Assembly (NCBI GenBank): GCA_963845535.1
Contig: CAWJSK010000018.1
Span: 32,001 to 96,000, forward strand
Source of the DNA: an uncultured Spirochaetota bacterium
Lineage (GTDB): Bacteria; Spirochaetota; Spirochaetia; SZUA-6; Fen-1364
Direction: 5' to 3'
Length of the DNA: 64,000 nt
Part shown: piece after piece, positions 58,082 through 64,000 of the stretch
Position numbering within the stretch: the stretch's first letter is position 1
How the letters are laid out: every line of letters starts with the position of its first letter
Made by a program: the position numbers and the translations under genes
Notes under the pieces: generated by a model
Database searches by the model: none
Seen by the model: the letters and a program-made list of their open reading frames with translations, nothing else
What the model was told of the DNA's origin: nothing

Positions 58082-59014
58082 TCAGCTTTCTCCCCGTTCG
58101 AACGGCTTATTGAGCGCCGCGGGCTGGCGCATGCGGTTGACCGTCACCGTCAGCGCGGCGATGGTCAGGATGTACGGGAGCATGATGGCGATGCTTGAGG
58201 GGATCTTGACCCCCAGGACCTGGACCCAAAGCTGGAAAGAGTTGACCGCGCTGAAAAGGAGCGCGCCGCCCAGGACGCCCACGGGGCTCCATCCTCCGAA
58301 ATACACAAGGGCAACGGCTATGAAACCCTGCCCAGCCGTCAGGTTATCCTGGAAGAGGTTCAAAAGCGATATGGAAAGGGAAGCGCCGGCAACGCCCGCA
58401 AGGACGGCGCCGCTGCACACCGCTATGTAACGGATCCGGTCCACGCTGATCCCCACGGAGTCCGCCGCCGCGGGGTTCTGGCCCACGGACTTTATCTTCA
58501 AGCCGAGGGTCGTCTTTTCCAGCAGCCACCAGACCACGGGGACAAGGAGGAACGCTCCATAGACGAGGATGCTGTTGCGAAAAAGGATGGGACCGAGGAA
58601 AGGGATGTCAGCCAGCAGGGGAATGGGGACCGGGGGGAACCCTACCACGGTCTTCACGGTCCCGATGAGGATCTTCAACAGGAGGCTGGACATTCCCAGA
58701 CCGAACATGTACAGGCCGATGCCGCTGACCCCCTGCTCTGCTTTCAGCGTCACGCTGACAAAAGACATCAGCAAGCCCAGGAACAGCCCGACCACCGCGG
58801 CAGCAAGCAGGCCGAGCCAGAGGCTGCCCGTCGTGAGCGCCGTGTAGAAAGCGGCGAACGCGGACAGGAGCATGATGCCGTCCACGCCGAGGTTCACCAC
58901 CCCTGAGGTCTGCGCGACGGTCTCTCCCAGGGCAGCGTAGAGGAAAGGAGTAGCCAGGCCCACCATCGTGTTGAGTATCCCCGAGACGACCGCCAGGGAG
59001 AAGACGTTCTTCAT
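58082..59014 (-). CDS. Nucleoside ABC permease (second subunit)
   Basis: ALGE...SGVVNLG.DG, G.NP.AA, AGQGFIAVA, MLPY.LT. Confidence 0.93.
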   Translation of the reverse strand: MKNVFSLAVVSGILNTMVGLATPFLYAALGETVAQTSGVVNLGVDGIMLLSAFAAFYTALTTGSLWLGLLAAAVVGLFLGLLMSFVSVTLKAEQGVSGIGLYMFGLGMSSLLLKILIGTVKTVVGFPPVPIPLLADIPFLGPILFRNSILVYGAFLLVPVVWWLLEKTTLGLKIKSVGQNPAAADSVGISVDRIRYIAVCSGAVLAGVAGASLSISLLNLFQDNLTAGQGFIAVALVYFGGWSPVGVLGGALLFSAVNSFQLWVQVLGVKIPSSIAIMLPYILTIAALTVTVNRMRQPAALNKPFERGES

Positions 59015-60144
59015 GCCGTCTCCTCCTGGTCCATCTGTTCGTTCGTGCGCCGCCGCGAGGCCCACCGCCGTGACCACAGCGCCGAGCCGGAGACGAAAAG
59101 CACAACGAGCCCGAGGATGGCGTTTATGAGGGAGGAGGGAACCTGGGCGGAGCGCTGCATGGTGTCCGCCCCCACCAGGAGGCCGCCGAAAAGAATTGAG
59201 GCCGGGATCAGCCCGATGGGATGCAGGCTGCCCATGAGCGCGGCAACGATCCCCGTGAACCCGTAGCCGCTCGTCAGGCCCTCCAGAAGCCGATGCTGTA
59301 CTCCGATGACCTCAACCACTCCGGCGAGGCCCGCAAAGCCCCCTGCCAGGGTCAGGGAGAGCGCCTGAAATGTCGGCACTTTGATCCCCGAGTAGCGGGC
59401 GGCGTCCGGGTTCAGTCCCACCGCCCGGATGTCATAACCGATGGTGGTGCGCCAGAGGAAAACATACACCACTACGGCGAGCCCCAGCGCGACGATGGCT
59501 CCAGCGTGAAGCAGCGTTCGAGGCACCAGCCGCGGCAGCCATACCGCATGCGGAAGCTGGGCTGACTGCGCCAGGAATGTTCCTGCGGCTACGCCTGCCG
59601 GGTCCATGAGCGGCCCTTGCAGCAGGAGGTTCATGAGCTGCAGCGCGATTGCGTTCAACATGATGGTGCTGAGGATCTCATTCACGTTGAGCCGGGCCTT
59701 GAGGATGCCCGGAATGAATCCCCAGAACGAGCCGGCCACGAAACCGGCAATCAGGGTGGCGGGGATGAGAAGCCAGCCCGGCCACGTATGGAAATAGAGG
59801 GGGAACCATGTCGCCATAAGGGCGCCGGCTATGATCTGTCCCTCTCCCCCGATATTGATCACGTTGGCCCTGAAAGCGATGCAGATCCCCAGCCCGACCA
59901 GGAGGAGCGGAGTGGCCTTGACGAGCGTCTGGGTGATGCCGAACGTCGTTCCAACCGCGCCGTGGACAAGGGATGCATATGCGGCAAGCGGGTTTGCCTT
60001 GAGGATGACCAGCATCACGGCGCCGAGAAGGAGCGCGAAGACAACTCCCGCCACCGGCAGGAGGACATTCAGCGCTATCCTGCTCCAATCGACGGCAGGA
60101 CCGTTTCCCCCCTGCGCCCGTTGTGTGGCTTTACCGGTTGTCAA
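59011..60144 (-). CDS. Nucleoside ABC permease (first subunit)
   Basis: NIGGEGQ, NEILSTIMLN, G.NP.AARYSG, YGFTGI.AAL; TTG start inferred. Confidence 0.92.
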   Translation of the reverse strand: MTTGKATQRAQGGNGPAVDWSRIALNVLLPVAGVVFALLLGAVMLVILKANPLAAYASLVHGAVGTTFGITQTLVKATPLLLVGLGICIAFRANVINIGGEGQIIAGALMATWFPLYFHTWPGWLLIPATLIAGFVAGSFWGFIPGILKARLNVNEILSTIMLNAIALQLMNLLLQGPLMDPAGVAAGTFLAQSAQLPHAVWLPRLVPRTLLHAGAIVALGLAVVVYVFLWRTTIGYDIRAVGLNPDAARYSGIKVPTFQALSLTLAGGFAGLAGVVEVIGVQHRLLEGLTSGYGFTGIVAALMGSLHPIGLIPASILFGGLLVGADTMQRSAQVPSSLINAILGLVVLFVSGSALWSRRWASRRRTNEQMDQEETA

Positions 60145-60419
60145 GATTATTTCCCTCAGGACCTTTTTACCATATGCGCAGGCTTCTGACAAAGCAAAAT
60201 CGTCGAAGGATGAGAATGCAAGCGCCGTACCAGATCCGCGGTGCTGGGCTGCATCAGGCTAATTCATTTCGATGCAAGGAAAAGATCATCCAGGCGGATG
60301 CCGGCCTGCTTGATGGCGCAGCGCAAAAATCTACGCGCGCGTGTTTTTCCCAGCCTGGAAGCTACGGATTTGTAACCGCGCTGATTGCCCGAAAAGCGGA
60401 CTTGAGGGTATGCTCCGGC

Positions 60420-63080
60420 ATGGTCCGCTTCATCCTGAATGGGCAGGAGGTCACCGCCCCCGAAGGCAGGTCTCTCCTTTCCTGGCTTCGTGAGGATCGC
60501 CACATCACTTCCGCGAAGAACGGCTGCGGGGAAGGGGTGTGCGGCGCGTGCTCCGTGATCGTAGACGGCGCCGCGCGTCCGTCCTGCACGATGTCCCTCG
60601 AGCGTCTGGAGGGGAAAACCGTCCTTACCGTGGAGGGGATCAGCGGACCGGAAATGGATTGCTACGTGCAGGCTTTCGCCGAGGCGGGTGCGGTGCAGTG
60701 CGGTTTCTGCACACCCGGCATGGTGATTTCGACAAAAGCCCTCCTGGACGGGAACCCTGATCCTGATGAGCGCCAGGTCCGGACCGCCTTGAGAAGGAAC
60801 CTGTGCCGATGCACGGGGTACGCCAAGATCCTGGAAGCGGTGCGCATTGCCGCTGATTTGCGAAAGGCTTTGGCAGCGGGTGCTGCGCCCAGCGGACAGG
60901 CAGCGGAACCGGAAAAGCGGGCAGGCGTGGGGGAGAGGCTCGTTCGCCTTGATGCCGCCGCAAAGGTGCGCGGAAGCGCGCGCTACGTGGATGACCTGTT
61001 CGAGCCGGGAGATGCTCTATGGGCGCCGCACTAAGGTCCCCGCACCCCCGGGCAATGCTGCTCTCCCTGGATGTCAGCGCCGCCCGAAGCCTGCCCGGAG
61101 TGGCCGTGGTTGCAACGTGGGAGGACATACCCGGTGCGCGGCACACGGGTCACGTCATCCCTGACTGGCCCACGCTGGTCGCGGTGGGGGAAGAGACTCG
61201 CTATGTCGGAGATGCAATAGCCTTCGTTGCCGCGGAGACCCCTGCCAGGGCGCGTGAGGCGCTGGATCTCATCGTCGCCTCATTCGAAAAGCTTCCCCCC
61301 GTTGCTTCCCCCGAAGCGGCGCTTGCTCCCGGCGCTCCACGCATACACGCGAACGGAAACATCCTGTCGGAGCTCGTCTTGCACCGTGGTGACGCAGAGG
61401 CTGCCCTGGCGTCATCCACCCACGTGGTGGAGCAAAGGTTCACGACCCCTTTCACGGACCACGCTTTCATGGAACCCGAGAGTGCGCTGGGGTACCCGCC
61501 GGACTCGAACGGCGTGGTGCTTGTGCGCACCGCAGAACAGAACGTCTACGACGGGCAGCGCTACGTGGCGGACACCCTGGGCATCCCCCGGGAGCGCGTT
61601 CGAGTGGTCTCCGAGTTCGTGGGGGGCGGGTTCGGCGGCAAAGAGGACCAGACGGTCCAGCACGTGGCCGCTCTGCTGGCGTGGCTCTCCGGCAAGCCCG
61701 TCAAATGCACCCTGGGAAGGGCGGAGAGCACGCGCGTGCACGTGAAGCGTCATCCCATGACCATCGACATGCGCCTGGGTTGCGACGCCAACGGCAAGCT
61801 CCTGGGGTGCGCGGCCAGGATCGTCGCTGACACCGGCGCCTATGCCTCTTTGGGAGGCCCTGTCCTGCACCGCGCCGTGACCCATGCCCGGCGGTCCCTA
61901 CGCCTATGAGAACATCCACGTGGAGGGCATTGCAGTCCACACGAACAACCCTCCGGCCGGAGCGTTTCGAGGCTTTGGCGTGCCGCAGGTCAACTTTGCC
62001 GTTGAAAGCGCGCTCAACGCGCTCGCGAAGAAGGCGGGTTTATCGCCGTGGGAAATCCGATTCAGGAACGCCGTACGCCCGGGCCAGCGGCTTCCCAACG
62101 GGCAGATTGCAGGGCCCGACACCGCGCTGGAGGAATGCCTCCTCGCGGTCAAGGAGAGCTTCGAGGAATCCCGCGCCAGCGCTGGCATTGCCTGCGGGTT
62201 CAAGAACACGGGCCTGGGAATGGGCCATCCGGATGTCGGCCGATGTCGGTTGCTTGTCCGCTCGGATCACGTGGAGGTCCTTTCAGGCGCCGCTTGCATT
62301 GGCCAGGGAATTGCCACGGTCCTTGCGCAGATCACCTGCCAGGTGCTTGCGCTGGACCCTGCGCGCGTGCTCGTGAGCGCGCCAGACACCGCCTCTACTC
62401 CTGATTCGGGAACCACCACCGCCTCACGGCAGACGCTCATCACCGGTGAGGCCTGCCGGCTGGCATGCGAGGCCGCGCTGGCGACGCTTCGGCACGATGC
62501 ACCGCGGGCGGGCCCAGCCTCCGACGCCCCTGGCGCTTTCCCCCTGGCGTCCCTTGCGGGCAGGGAGTTCCTCGGGGAGTACGAAGCAGTCACGGATCCC
62601 TTCGAGACAGAGAGTGCCCATCCCGTGAGGCATGTTGCTTACAGCTACGCGTGCCACCTCGTCGTTCTCGGTCCCGACAAGCGCGTCCAGCGCGTCGTGG
62701 CCGCTCACGACTCTGGGCTGGTCGTGAACCCGCTTGCCTTCGAGGGGCAGGTGGACGGCGGCGTTGTCATGGGGCTGGGGTTCGCGCTCACCGAAAGCCT
62801 CCCCATGGACACGTGCGTGCCCACGGCGCGCTTTGGGCAGCTCGGCCTCCTGCGGGCAACGGAGGTTCCGCCTATCAAGACGATCATCGTGCGCAAGGCA
62901 GGCGCCGGGACCGCCATCGACGGCGGGGTGTCAGGCGCTGGTTTCGGGGCAAAGGGCATTGGTGAGATTGCGGCCATCCCCACTGCTTCGGCGGTTGCCG
63001 GAGCATATTTCGCGCTGGATGGCCGGCTGCGCGTAAACCTGCCGCTCGACGGTACTCCTTACCGGGGCGGCTCGAAATAG
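60420..63080 (+). pseudogene. xdh: Fused [2Fe-2S]/molybdopterin hydroxylase, selenium-dependent xanthine dehydrogenase type, split by single-base insertions
   Basis: GCGEGVCGAC, QCGFCTPG, NLCRCTGY, GGGFGGKE, AFRGFG, GAKGIGE; frame breaks near 61011-61023 and 61887-61889; may be intact in vivo. Confidence 0.85.
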
Positions 63081-63109
63081 GACTGCCCTGCTTGAAGAGG
63101 GGGCAGTCC
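63080..63109 (+). terminator. GC-rich hairpin after xdh
   Basis: GGACTGCCC...GGGCAGTCC directly after the stop; no U-tract. Confidence 0.45.
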
Positions 63110-63483
63110 ACGCCGACGTGAATTGGATCTCACCTTCTTCTTGATTCTTCTTCTGCCGATAACCGGGTTCTTGTCTATTATAGCGGTTGCAGTTTTGGTC
63201 GTGCGGGGCCTTCGTCCAACGGAAGAGAACGAGCGGCCCCGGTTGCGAAAATCCCGGAGCCGGGAATCTTTGGTTGGCAGCCTTGCATCGCAGCCCTCTG
63301 CCTCCTTTTCTTTCTTTCCACCTGAAGCTTGGATCCTTTGTCGATCCTTCTATAGCTATCGGGGAGAATGGGCTATCAGCACGCTCGGGAATCTTTCCCC
63401 CCTTTTTCGACACCCGTGTGATAAGCCGAGGGTACTGTGCCGCCAAGACACGTCATGGGGCAATCCAGAAAGGAGTGACAAAA

Positions 63484-63873
63484 ATGATCGGCTATGTTGG
63501 AAACATTGAAAAGCAGACACTGAAGAATAGTTATTTCAGACAGGTCTTATTCACCGCAAAAAATGCTCAACTAGTTGTGATGTGTCTTCAACGGGGAGAT
63601 GAAATTGGGAATGAGGTCCACCATGATGTTGACCAATTCTTCAGGATTGAGCAAGGCGAGGCAAAGTTCATCTTCAATGAAAAAGAGGAACACGTTGTCC
63701 ATGATGGCGAAGCCGTCATTGTTCCGGCGGGGACATTTCATAACGTCATAAACACCGGAAAGGGACAGTTGAAGCTCTACACCATTTACTCACCACCAAA
63801 CCATGCCGACGGTACAGTGCACAAGACGAAGGCTGAAGCCGACAAGGCCGAGGAAGAGCATCATAACCACTAA
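63484..63873 (+). CDS. Cupin-domain protein
   Basis: AAGGAG RBS; FR.VL.T....QLV.M, EIG.EVH..DQFF, VPAG..HNV.N, LKLYTIYSPP.H. Confidence 0.92.
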   Translation: MIGYVGNIEKQTLKNSYFRQVLFTAKNAQLVVMCLQRGDEIGNEVHHDVDQFFRIEQGEAKFIFNEKEEHVVHDGEAVIVPAGTFHNVINTGKGQLKLYTIYSPPNHADGTVHKTKAEADKAEEEHHNH

Positions 63874-64000
63874 ATTGGTGAGCGATACGCTGGTTGCGAG
63901 CCTGGTTTCGCAGGTATGCAGTGCAGACCATTCTCGAGAGGGAGAAAGAAGACTGCCCATATCCCGCCTTCTGTCGCCCATGAAAAGGAACAGCGCCGGG

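Noticed and set aside
63123..63509. 128-aa ORF with N-terminal hydrophobic stretch
   Set aside because: No clear RBS, no recognisable family, runs into the cupin start

Overview
A ~58-60% GC (estimated by eye) accessory-rich segment from a diderm bacterium (OM beta-barrels and lipoproteins present; a Spirochaetia-like host is my unverified impression). No rRNA, tRNA or CRISPR array seen. Left to right: a BsaWI-like PD-(D/E)XK endonuclease; a complete IS66 (23-bp IRs, 8-bp TSD); a ~9 kb isoprenoid-quinone island (yceI - porin - shortened polyprenyl synthase - MDR reductase - CPBP protease - menG converging on menA, plus a second UbiA prenyltransferase and a deleted cyanobacterial-type MPBQ/MSBQ methyltransferase), which is the most interesting system in the window; a mosaic zone (13.5-31 kb) with many gene fragments, a complete-ended ISAzo13 and two secreted ankyrin paralogues; a BSR-like deaminase; a POTRA-less Omp85; a membrane LuxR/CPBP/esterase module; two PAS hybrid kinases; a YihY-cNMP fusion; a PLD-amidase pair; a polyol dehydrogenase/URO-D-like operon; an adenylate cyclase; a BMP-type nucleoside ABC transporter divergent from a frameshifted selenium-dependent-type xanthine dehydrogenase; and a cupin. 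Several single-base frameshifts sit in short homopolymers and may be assembly errors. All family calls come from motif recognition and remembered sequences, not database searches.
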